Positions 23,054 through 33,113 of a stretch of DNA of 46,172 bases are shown in pieces. The DNA is taken from positions 97,340 to 143,511 of the forward strand of contig PDIP01000046.1 of NCBI GenBank assembly GCA_002811645.1, written 5' to 3'. The position numbers and the translations under genes were made by a program. Numbering within the stretch: the first letter of the stretch is position 1; each line of letters begins with the position of its first letter. Source of the stretch: Corallochytrium limacisporum Hawaii (Eukaryota > Protista > Pluriformea). A model generated the notes under the pieces. The model saw only the letters and a program-made list of their open reading frames with translations, made no database searches and was not told the origin of the DNA.

Positions 23054-23365
23054 ATGGTTAGCCCTCGGTCAAAGGCCCTGTTGAAGGTGACAGGGTTAAT
23101 GAGCGCTGGTATCGTTGGCGTCTACTACGTCGTCTGGGCCGTGAACCCTGACCCTGAGGGTATGCGGGATCGTCTGGCTAGGAAAAAGGACGAAATGCAG
23201 CTGGAGTCTTTCGACGCCGCGGAGCACAATCGCCTGACGAAGACCAAAAATGAGCAGATCTTTGAGATTATGAAGGAATCACAGAAAAGCGACCGTCCTG
23301 TGTGGATGATATACGATCCGAAGGATCCACGTAGCAGCAACTGGCGTGCCCGTGAGGTGAAATAA
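23054..23365 (+). CDS. CBP4: Cbp4-like cytochrome bc1 (complex III) assembly factor
   Basis: 103 aa with an N-terminal TM helix (GIVGVYYVVWAV) followed by NPDPE, and a C-terminal KESQKSDRPVW that resembles the fungal Cbp4 SDxP(I/V)W signature. Confidence 0.72.
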   Translation: MVSPRSKALLKVTGLMSAGIVGVYYVVWAVNPDPEGMRDRLARKKDEMQLESFDAAEHNRLTKTKNEQIFEIMKESQKSDRPVWMIYDPKDPRSSNWRAREVK

Positions 23366-23556
23366 AGGACGGAAAGATATTGGAATATTGATGAGGAAGT
23401 CTCAGCTGAAATTGAAAACTTGTAGTTTAGCAAACAATCGTCTAGAATGATACATTGAAACATATGATTAAAGAATGCCAAGAAGGCGCGGAGTCGTCTA
23501 CAACTCCAATTCTGTATTGTACAAATCGTTTGAATGATGGATTGTTAGAGGGTAAT

Positions 23557-24198
23557 TTACCCATGGCTCAGACTTTTGTAGAATGATGAGTGTGCCGTCT
23601 CCAGGTCAAATAGCAGTTGCCTGACTTGCTCGTCGTTTAATTCATCCACTGCGTTCATTCCGTTCAATGTCGACAACCACTTAGTGATCTTTGCCCGGTC
23701 GGAGAAGCTGGCGGGCAGTGTTAGTTTGTTCAAGGAGTCCAGCAGGTCACTAAGCAGAGGATAGATCTCATCCACAGCGACCATCTTCAATCGCAGGGAG
23801 TCCATTATGGTGATAAAGTGCTGCACGGACTCAGCTACCGTGATGGCAGTCTGTTTTTGTTCCGCTTCACCCATTCCTCCGTGCTCGACCGTGGCGGGCA
23901 CACCGATACCGACCCGACTTAGAGCCGCGGGGCAGCTTGCCCCGTAGTCTGCAGCGAATTCCTGAATCTGTCCGGCCTCATCTTTAACAATGTTCAACGC
24001 TGTCTTGTACTGTGCGAGCAGCTTCTTGCACTCTGGAGTGTACTCGTCCGGAGTCACACTGTCCTTTATGTAGGCGCGCTCGAGATGTTCTAAGGCAACA
24101 AGAATGGCATAAAGATCGGCCAGGTTATCATATTTTTCCCGTTCGTAACTGCTGTTATGAAGTTTGATCTCAGTTTGTAATTTTGTCTCGTCCTTCAT
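23557..24198 (-). CDS. VPS28: ESCRT-I subunit VPS28
   Basis: EREKYDNLADLYAI, LERAYIKD, YTPECKKLLAQYK, CPAA, GVPATVEH, FITIMDSL and QVRQLLFDLE. 213 aa. Confidence 0.96.
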   Translation of the reverse strand: MKDETKLQTEIKLHNSSYEREKYDNLADLYAILVALEHLERAYIKDSVTPDEYTPECKKLLAQYKTALNIVKDEAGQIQEFAADYGASCPAALSRVGIGVPATVEHGGMGEAEQKQTAITVAESVQHFITIMDSLRLKMVAVDEIYPLLSDLLDSLNKLTLPASFSDRAKITKWLSTLNGMNAVDELNDEQVRQLLFDLETAHSSFYKSLSHG

Positions 24199-24919
24199 TG
24201 TTGTGAATCTGTAGTAAATTGTACTTGTTCTCAGTCTAGAGCTCTACCAAACAGGTTCAAAACACCTTATTCAACTACTTGACCCCAGATTACCGTCCAT
24301 ACAAAAAGAAAATTTAGTTTCAAAATCCGAGACCGTTCACATGTTCCGTTGTTAATTTCAAGACGCCAATGTGAATTCAATCCCACTTGGTTTTTTGCTT
24401 GAAGTACCCCCTTGGTTGTGACCAATTGAAAATGGAGGGCTTCTCGCCGTCACTCACTGAGTCTCCCCTCCCGGGGGATTCTGATTCAAGTGTTATTTTT
24501 TCATTCCACTGCCCAACGCCCGGGCTTTTGTGCATCCTCGGGCGCGGAACGCGCCTCGGCGTTGCGTTTTTTTGGGTCCAAACGTCATACACCAACGCCT
24601 CCCCGGGCCAACCGGGCGAAGGAGGGTAAGAAAGGCCCCCCCGGGGGGGGGGGAGGGGAGCTGGATTGCCTTAGGCAGTGAAATCACGGGCGAGGGGAAC
24701 GACATCACCAGCGGAATCAATGACAAGGGACAATGAGGAAGCACTCTCACCTGCACACATACAGCGATAACGGAGGCATTTATGGAGAGATGCATCAGTT
24801 CCACTTGTTAACGGGTACAGGTCTTGGACAGTCATATACATGTTACTGCTATGCGTTTTAATTTGTTCTGACGATTTGCTATGGGAGAACAATTCGCAAA
24901 TGGGTAATTGTCACTAGTC

Positions 24920-26782
24920 TCAGAGCTCGCCACCCTTGACAATGTCGTAATAGATAGTCGGTTTCTCGCGGTGGAGATCCTCCTCTACTGCCTTGGCAAT
25001 GCGCAGACAAAGATCTTCCCGGTACCAGCTTGCCATGATCTGCAAGGAGCACGGCATACCACTGGTGGAGTAACCACAGGGCACAGAGATGCCGGGAATG
25101 CCGGTCATGTTAGCTAGCTTGGCAAACTTCATGATCTTACCCATCAGACCCGCGTCGAGGTAGTCAAAGTGTTCCGCTGCCGGGCCCACCGTTGACTCTC
25201 CGGGAATTTCCGGAGCGAGACATCCGGTTGCTGGTGTGAGGATGATGTCCACAGAGCTACCGAATAGCTGCTTCATTCGCTGAATCGTACGAGTGCGCAA
25301 TTTGTTGGCACGAATCAGGTCGTCGGCTGTGAATGCATTCGCTGCGGCCAGTGAGATGCGGCTGCTGTTCTGAAGTTTGTCCACGTGCGGGCCGATACAG
25401 GCCTTCATGTCGGAAAGAATACAGATGAGGTGCGCAACACGCAGCTCTTCAAGTTCGGGCAGCTTGATTTCAACAACGTTCAGGCCACGCGCCTTGAGCT
25501 TATCGATAGCCAGTCGGCAGGTTTCCACCTGGCGCTGATCGGCGTCCTCAAAGTACGGTGTGTATATGCCGGCCGTGACATTGCTGAGGTCCCCAGTGTT
25601 GTCGAGGTCGAGACAGTGCGGGTCAGGAGCACCGCCGCGCAGCAACAACGAGTTATAGTCATCGCTGTACGGATACGGGTCTATCTCCTCCGAGTCGTTG
25701 GCGTCGTTGCGCTCAATCGGGGGGGACGAGAAGAGCAGATAACCCAGTGCACAGTCGCGCACTGTTGCCGCGATCGGGCCCAAATGACCGACGGACGGTG
25801 CCAAGGGTACAGCACCACCCTCGCTGACTCGTGCAAATGTTGGTTTCAGCCCGACCATGCCGCACAGCGCCGCAGGGATGCGAATGGAGCCGCCACCGTC
25901 GGCCCCGACCGCGAATGGACACAATCCTGCGGCCACGCACGCGGCAGAGCCAGAACTGGAGCCACCGGTGTGGTAGCGAGGGTGATACGGATTGCGCGGG
26001 GTACCCCAGTTTGCGTTCACTCCGGTAGTGCCGATACCGATCTCGTGCATGTTAGCCTTGCCCAGGATTATCATGCCCGCCGCCCGGCAGCGAGCCACAA
26101 CATCCGCGTCCCGTTCCGCCACGCCACGCATTTTTCCGAGGTACCCGGTGCCTGCCCATGTGCGATAGCCCTTCACATCTGCCTCATCCTTAACTGCAAC
26201 GGGCACACCATCGAGAGCGGACAGCGGGTTACCTTCCTTCCAGCGCTTAGTTGATTCTGCGGCCTGAGCACTCACGTCGTCTTCGTTGACCTCGATGAAG
26301 AACTTCATTGGTCGGGAGCCTTGCTCACTGCGACGAATGGCCTGTAGGCAGCGTTTTGCCACCTCACTTGGGGTCATGGTGCCGTTTCGGTAGGCATCAA
26401 CGTAGTTCTGAACGGTCTCCGGTTTCCACCCTTGGGACTGGTCCTCTGGCGCTGCGTTCTTCTTGCCCTTGCCACCCGCACCGCACAGGCCGTCTATGGT
26501 CCGCAGATTCAACGGGCATTTCTCCGCCGCCTGCTCTGCCAGAGCATCGGCCTTGACTAGCGGCAGGTACGTCGCAGGAGTCTCCTCAAAGTCCTTCGTG
26601 CGCAACAGGAAGCCGTTGTTCTGACTAGCCACAGCAGAGGTGATCCAGGTACTGTTGGTCAAAAGTCCAGCCGCCAGAGACTGAACCATACCACTTATGG
26701 GCGCAGCGGCTAAGTCCCTGTGCTCGTATTTGCATTCTTCATCGTTGTTACTCATGTTGGCAAAAGTTCGTTTTCTTGGCAT
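24920..26782 (-). CDS. Amidase-signature enzyme, fatty acid amide hydrolase (FAAH)-like
   Basis: LDGVPVAVKD (catalytic Lys), GKANMHEIG, RNPY, TGGSSSGS and GADGGGSIRIPA (Ser-cisSer-Lys triad). The start could be ATG 26782 or ATG 26755. Confidence 0.9.
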   Translation of the reverse strand: MPRKRTFANMSNNDEECKYEHRDLAAAPISGMVQSLAAGLLTNSTWITSAVASQNNGFLLRTKDFEETPATYLPLVKADALAEQAAEKCPLNLRTIDGLCGAGGKGKKNAAPEDQSQGWKPETVQNYVDAYRNGTMTPSEVAKRCLQAIRRSEQGSRPMKFFIEVNEDDVSAQAAESTKRWKEGNPLSALDGVPVAVKDEADVKGYRTWAGTGYLGKMRGVAERDADVVARCRAAGMIILGKANMHEIGIGTTGVNANWGTPRNPYHPRYHTGGSSSGSAACVAAGLCPFAVGADGGGSIRIPAALCGMVGLKPTFARVSEGGAVPLAPSVGHLGPIAATVRDCALGYLLFSSPPIERNDANDSEEIDPYPYSDDYNSLLLRGGAPDPHCLDLDNTGDLSNVTAGIYTPYFEDADQRQVETCRLAIDKLKARGLNVVEIKLPELEELRVAHLICILSDMKACIGPHVDKLQNSSRISLAAANAFTADDLIRANKLRTRTIQRMKQLFGSSVDIILTPATGCLAPEIPGESTVGPAAEHFDYLDAGLMGKIMKFAKLANMTGIPGISVPCGYSTSGMPCSLQIMASWYREDLCLRIAKAVEEDLHREKPTIYYDIVKGGEL

Positions 26783-27486
26783 CGAATACACAGTCCGTGA
26801 ATGTCCTCCAGCAAGAAAACCACTAACCTGATTTCAATGATATGGTGTCCTTCAGCAGACGTAGAATCGCCTGTTCCAGCAATGGTCCCGTTGATCAAGT
26901 ACCCTATATCGCAGCCAAACCTATTGAAATCCATCGGAATAAAGTTTACAAAGAGACACAAAATCACACGCTAAAGCAACCAACGGACTCAAGTGGGATC
27001 GAATCATTCAAGAGGGACACGCTACCGCAGTACCACGGCGGCAAAGTCACTGAGTCCTCCCCAAAGGGAGCCGGAAGACTCGCGCAGTGAAAGCCACAGT
27101 GGCAGTGCGATTTCTCAATTGGTACCACCGGAACTGTTTCGTTCGAAGGGGAGAGTTTCTAACGGAAGACACGTACACAGATTGAGCGGCATGGACTTGA
27201 GCGGCACACTCACACGTAAGTGGGCGGGTTGATCGCAGAGTAACGGAGCGGTTCTAGAGATGTACCGAACACCAACGGTACCCAATAGCATGGAGATCAC
27301 ACATAGATTTCGACAGTAGCAAGATGCCGCTATTAACCCAAGTTCCGACTCCCTGTGCCTTTTAAGCTGGTGATACTCTGTTTCTTTTTTTGGCCACTGG
27401 GCTCCCACTCGCCCCGCTACCCAACCTTCCCCCGCGGGGAGGGTGGGGGGGGGCCCCCGCACCCTCCATTTCCACAGTTTGGCTCC

Positions 27487-28093
27487 NNNNNNNNNNNNNN
27501 NNNNNNNNNNNNNNNNNNNNNNNNNNNNNNNNNNNNNNNNNNNNNNNNNNNNNNNNNNNNNNNNNNNNNNNNNNNNNNNNNNNNNNNNNNNNNNNNNNNN
27601 NNNNNNNNNNNNNNNNNNNNNNNNNNNNNNNNNNNNNNNNNNNNNNNNNNNNNNNNNNNNNNNNNNNNNNNNNNNNNNNNNNNNNNNNNNNNNNNNNNNN
27701 NNNNNNNNNNNNNNNNNNNNNNNNNNNNNNNNNNNNNNNNNNNNNNNNNNNNNNNNNNNNNNNNNNNNNNNNNNNNNNNNNNNNNNNNNNNNNNNNNNNN
27801 NNNNNNNNNNNNNNNNNNNNNNNNNNNNNNNNNNNNNNNNNNNNNNNNNNNNNNNNNNNNNNNNNNNNNNNNNNNNNNNNNNNNNNNNNNNNNNNNNNNN
27901 NNNNNNNNNNNNNNNNNNNNNNNNNNNNNNNNNNNNNNNNNNNNNNNNNNNNNNNNNNNNNNNNNNNNNNNNNNNNNNNNNNNNNNNNNNNNNNNNNNNN
28001 NNNNNNNNNNNNNNNNNNNNNNNNNNNNNNNNNNNNNNNNNNNNNNNNNNNNNNNNNNNNNNNNNNNNNNNNNNNNNNNNNNNNNNNNNNNNN
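27487..28093. other. Assembly gap
   Basis: Run of N. Confidence 1.
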
Positions 28094-29085
28094 CAACTGC
28101 TGCGGCACCCCACGTTCCCGGATGGCGGCCCCCCCCTCCCCCCCCCCTCCCTTGCCTACTCCACACACCTCCATCGTTCTCCAGGACCCGCCTTGGCCAC
28201 CGCAACCGCTGGGCCCATTTTGGCCCCGCCTCCCCGTTCAAGAAGAGGGACACCGCCCCCCCCCCTCCTTTTGTTCCGGAAGCGGGCCGCGCCGAACGAA
28301 AGCGTCAGGAACAAAAGTAACAATCGCCCAACACCCCCCCCCCCGGGGGGAATTACACAAACGAAAAAGGAGAAAATTGGACCGGGGGAGAAATAGCGAC
28401 GGAAGGACAGGCCCCAGTAGAGCCCCCCCCGGGCTTCCTTTACCGGGCGGGTGGCGCAGAGATTTGTAGGCTCGGAGAACGGTAGGGACACAACCGGAGG
28501 CCCCCGGAGGGTGTGTGTGTGTGAGAGACCTGTGGCTCTTTCTCTCTCTCTCCTTCGTTCCCTCTCCGCCACGGCACTGTGGGGGAGGGGGGGCGGTGCG
28601 TCGTGTGTACGGTGGCGCAGTTGTTCGCGGACAAGGAAACAAAGGAGAATTTGTGTTCGAGTGGCCAGACGTTTTGGTTTGCATCGCATTGGGTGCGAAT
28701 GGTTTACGAAAGAAGGTCATGTTGTTGTTAAACTTGATGAGAACAAAATATTATACCGGGCTGTAGTGCCTTGGCAGATACAGATCAGGAACTGTGTTGC
28801 CATGTAAAGGTATGAAACAACAAATGGGACAGCGGATGATGTGGTGGTATTCAGTAGGTGTGTAAAGGTATTGACAGGTGTGCACAAGTGTATTCCCAGT
28901 CAAATAATAGTAGAAACCAAAAATATTTAGACTAGACCAACGACAGAGAAGTACGAACGTAGGATCGGGACAAGTATTGGACCGTGAGGCCTACTCGCGG
29001 AAACGGAGAGAGAGAGAGATCTGTTGGCCCTAAAGAAACATTATCAAACGAACAGTTCAATTTGTACACACCGCATAGCTTTAAA

Positions 29086-31299
29086 ATGGCAGAGTTAACA
29101 GTCCGCGTTCGTTCCCGCAAGGGTATGCGGCGGTACGGCATTGCATCCAACGATACGGTATCAACCCTGTTGAAGAAAATCGAGGAAGACCTTGGTATCA
29201 ACAGCGCAGGCAACTACGTCCTCAAGCGCAACGCACAGATCCTCAGTGGCAACTCAAGTACAGAGGCCAGCACATTAGAAAGCTTAGGTTTCAAAAATGG
29301 AGAAATGCTTCTGCTGGAGCTGCCGACATCCACGGAAGCTGGATCGGCAGCAGGACCAGCACAGACCCCGACACCGATGGACACGGTCAGCAATGGAGTG
29401 CTCAATGGTGGTCATGTCCTGGGAAAGGATTCGAAGGGTAAAGGCAAGGCACCAGTTACGACTGGAAGCGACGGCAGTGGGCTCAGTGCACTGATGGGTG
29501 GCAAGGCACCAAAGGAACTCAGACCTGAAGTCGCCCGTGTGCAGCGGGATCTGATGAGCAACGACGAAGTGATCCAAAAGGAACAGGCAGTTGACCGCGA
29601 ACTTGTTCACGTCGATGGTCAGGTCAAACGTCAGCGAACACCTTATTGTAACCATCGCGAGAATGCCATGTGTGACAAGTGCTCTCCTGTTGATCCCTGG
29701 GACCAGGAATATTTGGCAGACCATGGCATTAAGCACATGAGCTTCAACGCGTATATCCGTCAACAAACTGCCGGCAAACCCTTCAACACCACTAACACCG
29801 GTACAGAATATAAGCACTGTGTAGAGGAACCACAGATTGGTATCCGAGCTGGCTGCGTAGATCACCCGCCATGGCCAGAGGGTGTGTGCAGCAAATGTCA
29901 ACCCGGGGCGGTGACATTGAAACGGCAGCCGTATCGCCACGTCGATTATATTGAGTTCGACAACTTGCATCTGGTTGACCGTTTCTTGCAGTTCTGGCGT
30001 GAGAGCAGTGGTGCACAGCGGTGGGGCTTCCTCTACGGACGCTACGAACGGCATGCGAAGACACCTCTCGGTATCAAGGCCGTGGTCAGCGCCATCTACG
30101 AGCCGGCGCAGACCAATTCGATTGACAGTGTCGACCTGAAGGGGGCCAAGTACGTGAAAGAGAGGGTCAGGAAAGTCACTACGACCCTTACTCACATTGA
30201 GGAGGAGAGTATCGATGAGAATGGATCAGCGTTTGCCGGACCGGGCCAGACCATTGGTGGCAAGAACAAGGACAACGCCGCAGCAGGAGCAGCATCAGGT
30301 AGCAAAAGTTCCTCGGCTAGTATGGACGAGGACATCCGCACAAGTAACGATCCAGATGATATTGCTGACGAGGTCGCCCGTCGCTGCGGACTACAGCCGG
30401 TCGGGTGGATCTTTACCGACCTCGAAGATGACGGTACAGGCACCGGCAAGGTCCGATGCCACCGTAGCGCGGACACGTACTATCTTAGTTCCTACGAATG
30501 TTGTCTGGCTGCTGATTTGCAAAATCGCCACCCCAACTACACTCGGTTTAGCGCTGACGGTCGCTTCGGATCAAAGTATGTCACTGTCTGCGCGACTGGC
30601 GATGAGGACGGTGGTATCACTACTGCTGGCTACCAGGTCTCTGAGCAATGTGTGTCGCTGTTCCGAGACGGTTGCATGCTGCCGGCTCGCGATCCCGCGG
30701 TCGCGGTCGTGCCCGAGTCCACGGAAAAGTCATTTGTTCCCGAAGTGTTTTATGGCGCCAAAAACGAGTACGGCATAGAGGTTACCAAGGCTGCGGCACC
30801 AACCTTCCCGCTCGAGTACGTCCTCGTCCAGATGGAGGCCGGTGCGCCTCAAAATACGGCCTCATACTTTGCGGAACCCTTGCCGTTCCCGATCGAAAAT
30901 CGCGAACTGATCGGCAAGTCCCAGACGGTGCGGCACCTGAAGCCGGTGCTGGATGCCCTTCAGGCTAACACAGGGAACGTGGAAGGTCAGCTGGCTGTCT
31001 TTAGCAACTTTCACCTCCTCCTATACCTTGCTAACAGCCAGGATACCTTGGGTACGCGCGACCTAGCCTTACAACTATGCGACGCGGTCCGCTTACAGCA
31101 GCCGGCGCGCGTACTCGCCGTGCTTGAGAGCCCGGAGTGGAAAACGCTGGAGCATTTGGTGGAGGCCGAGGTGGAGTCTGGTGGTGCTGGTGAGTCTGGG
31201 GCTGGCGGTGGAGGCGAGTGGCAGTGTACGCACTGCACCTACCTCAACCACGACGATAGTCTGAGAACATGTGACATGTGCGGCTTGGATCGAATGTGA
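29086..31299 (+). CDS. NPLOC4: Nuclear protein localization protein 4 (Cdc48/p97 cofactor) with C-terminal NZF zinc finger
   Basis: N-terminal UBX-like VRVRSRKG, zf-Npl4 (CNH...CDKC; CVDHPPWPEGVCSKCQP), YRHVD, QRWGFLYGRY, VGWIFTDL, FGSKYVT, FPIENR and RanBP2-type WQCTHCTYLN...CDMC. ATG at 29086. Confidence 0.97.
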   Translation: MAELTVRVRSRKGMRRYGIASNDTVSTLLKKIEEDLGINSAGNYVLKRNAQILSGNSSTEASTLESLGFKNGEMLLLELPTSTEAGSAAGPAQTPTPMDTVSNGVLNGGHVLGKDSKGKGKAPVTTGSDGSGLSALMGGKAPKELRPEVARVQRDLMSNDEVIQKEQAVDRELVHVDGQVKRQRTPYCNHRENAMCDKCSPVDPWDQEYLADHGIKHMSFNAYIRQQTAGKPFNTTNTGTEYKHCVEEPQIGIRAGCVDHPPWPEGVCSKCQPGAVTLKRQPYRHVDYIEFDNLHLVDRFLQFWRESSGAQRWGFLYGRYERHAKTPLGIKAVVSAIYEPAQTNSIDSVDLKGAKYVKERVRKVTTTLTHIEEESIDENGSAFAGPGQTIGGKNKDNAAAGAASGSKSSSASMDEDIRTSNDPDDIADEVARRCGLQPVGWIFTDLEDDGTGTGKVRCHRSADTYYLSSYECCLAADLQNRHPNYTRFSADGRFGSKYVTVCATGDEDGGITTAGYQVSEQCVSLFRDGCMLPARDPAVAVVPESTEKSFVPEVFYGAKNEYGIEVTKAAAPTFPLEYVLVQMEAGAPQNTASYFAEPLPFPIENRELIGKSQTVRHLKPVLDALQANTGNVEGQLAVFSNFHLLLYLANSQDTLGTRDLALQLCDAVRLQQPARVLAVLESPEWKTLEHLVEAEVESGGAGESGAGGGGEWQCTHCTYLNHDDSLRTCDMCGLDRM

Positions 31300-31406
31300 T
31301 GCTTCGCAAGCGCAAATTGGAATTACATGAGGAAAAGTGCAGTTTCTCATCGCCAATAAAGACTTAAATGAACATACTAATTTATAACCGTTATATCCCC
31401 ATGGAT

Positions 31407-33113
31407 CTATAACAAAGTATCGACACGCTGGTACATAAGCAGATAGACGTTGCGATCCCTGCGGTGCCGAGTGACCTCTTTGTCGTTAATGTCGACCACG
31501 TACCGATCATCCATGTCGAGCCAGGTGCCAGTGGCCTGTTTAACGCGGCAGGTGTAATGCCCATCATGGGCACCAATTCCGTGGTGGTAGACAATGGCAA
31601 AGAGCTGGTATCGCAGCTCAATGTCTTTCGCCAGCGATGTCTGACTCACGCACGACCTAGGTATTTCCAGATTTTCTGTGAATTCAATGTCTTTGCACAA
31701 CTTCTGCACTTGTCCTGAAGCCACGTCGTAGACAAAAAGTTTTAGGTGGACAATCAAGATCGGCGGAAGCTCCTCCAGAGTGATCTGTTTGGTGGCCTGG
31801 TTACTGGCCTTTCCACGATGCATGTAACCCTCGATGACCTCCTTACGATGAGTATAGGCCATGGCCTGCTCCAAAGTGCGAATCTCGTCACTTTGAATAT
31901 AGAGCTGCAGAGAGTGAAATGGTTCAAAGGTGACACTTGGCTTCTTTTCCGGCAGTCGGAAAGTTGAGCGCAACACTCCACCGAATATCTTTGCAATTGG
32001 GGACTCCTCTACATCGACGCGACGGGTGACATGGCTCTTGCCCTTTGGTCCCACTGTCTCCCACTCCAGAGCCTCCGACTCACCAGTGACGTAGCTCACC
32101 GACGTTGATCCATTCGAGGCGGTGGAAGTGTGACGACTTCGCGGCTTTCGACTGTTACCACTCGACCGTATCGTCGTTGATGATCCTCCCTTGTCTCTCG
32201 CACTCTGCCACTCTCCGTCAACCCGCTCCTCGTCTAATTCTGCCACACTTGTTGGCATAACGTGGCCATTCTGTCCACCGCCACCATTCTGTGCCGAGTC
32301 AGCCATGACCGCATACTTCGGCCACAGAGTTCCTTGACGCATCAATGCAACCATTTCCTTGTGCAGAGTGTGCAGCATGAAGCCCAAAACTTCTTCTGCA
32401 TCTTCCTGACGTCCCGTCACTGTGGCGTTGGGGTTCAATTCTGCAAAGATTGAGTACACTTCTGCAGGGCTCAAGTCCGGTCCGATGAAAGACTGGACGC
32501 TCCGCTCATTTTTGATGACTGTAAACTGATTGAAGAAATCGACCAGGCACCGACTGAGCGGCAAGGCACCGCTGCCGTCATCGTTGGCTGTGCTGCCGGG
32601 CAGGGCGGGGAAGTCCAGCTTCAGGCTCTTCAATAAATTGTATAGCGGTCGGATTACCAGAAGTGGCTGCAAAATTCCATTGAAATAACACTGATTCCCG
32701 TGATTTATCAGTCCCCGGGGCTGAATGATAGTCTTGGTCTGGAAGTCGATCTCATTCGTCAATAATTTGTCACCGACATGACTCAGCTTCGCCTTGTGTT
32801 TCTTTTTCGTTTCGGCATCTACTGTTGGCGTCGACTCAGCAGCACCGTCCCTTGCAGACCTATTGCCGCTGCTCGGTTTGACCAGTGCAGCCCAGGATGA
32901 TGGTTTCGCTTTTGCTTTCGCAGGCTGTGTCTGCACTGAACTGTGTTCTGCCTGTCTGTGTTCCGGCGTTTCTACGCGCCACGACTCGTCCTGGGCTTCG
33001 TGTTCCTCTTCGGAGGATATTACGCATTCTTCATCAACCTGCCGTGTCAGAAGGTCCACTGTTTCTTCCTCAGTGAAGTCTCCGAAGAGGATGAGACCCG
33101 GTTGGTTTGACAT
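31407..33113 (-). CDS. USP10: Ubiquitin carboxyl-terminal hydrolase USP10/Ubp3 family
   Basis: N-terminal LFGDF, SWAALV, PRGLINHGNQCYFN (Cys box), QEDAEE, EWETVG, HHG...GHY (His box) and YLLMYQR. Confidence 0.93.
   Translation of the reverse strand: MSNQPGLILFGDFTEEETVDLLTRQVDEECVISSEEEHEAQDESWRVETPEHRQAEHSSVQTQPAKAKAKPSSWAALVKPSSGNRSARDGAAESTPTVDAETKKKHKAKLSHVGDKLLTNEIDFQTKTIIQPRGLINHGNQCYFNGILQPLLVIRPLYNLLKSLKLDFPALPGSTANDDGSGALPLSRCLVDFFNQFTVIKNERSVQSFIGPDLSPAEVYSIFAELNPNATVTGRQEDAEEVLGFMLHTLHKEMVALMRQGTLWPKYAVMADSAQNGGGGQNGHVMPTSVAELDEERVDGEWQSARDKGGSSTTIRSSGNSRKPRSRHTSTASNGSTSVSYVTGESEALEWETVGPKGKSHVTRRVDVEESPIAKIFGGVLRSTFRLPEKKPSVTFEPFHSLQLYIQSDEIRTLEQAMAYTHRKEVIEGYMHRGKASNQATKQITLEELPPILIVHLKLFVYDVASGQVQKLCKDIEFTENLEIPRSCVSQTSLAKDIELRYQLFAIVYHHGIGAHDGHYTCRVKQATGTWLDMDDRYVVDINDKEVTRHRRDRNVYLLMYQRVDTLL

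Noticed and set aside
26797-27090. Interrupted + strand frame upstream of FAAH (NVLQQENH*PDFNDMVSF...VDQVPYIAAK) as a pseudogene or transposase relic
   Set aside because: No family could be recognised and the similarity is too short.
15121-28469. Long ORFs spanning N gaps or microsatellites (poly-X, poly-VC, poly-ER, poly-LS)
   Set aside because: Artefacts of gaps and simple repeats.
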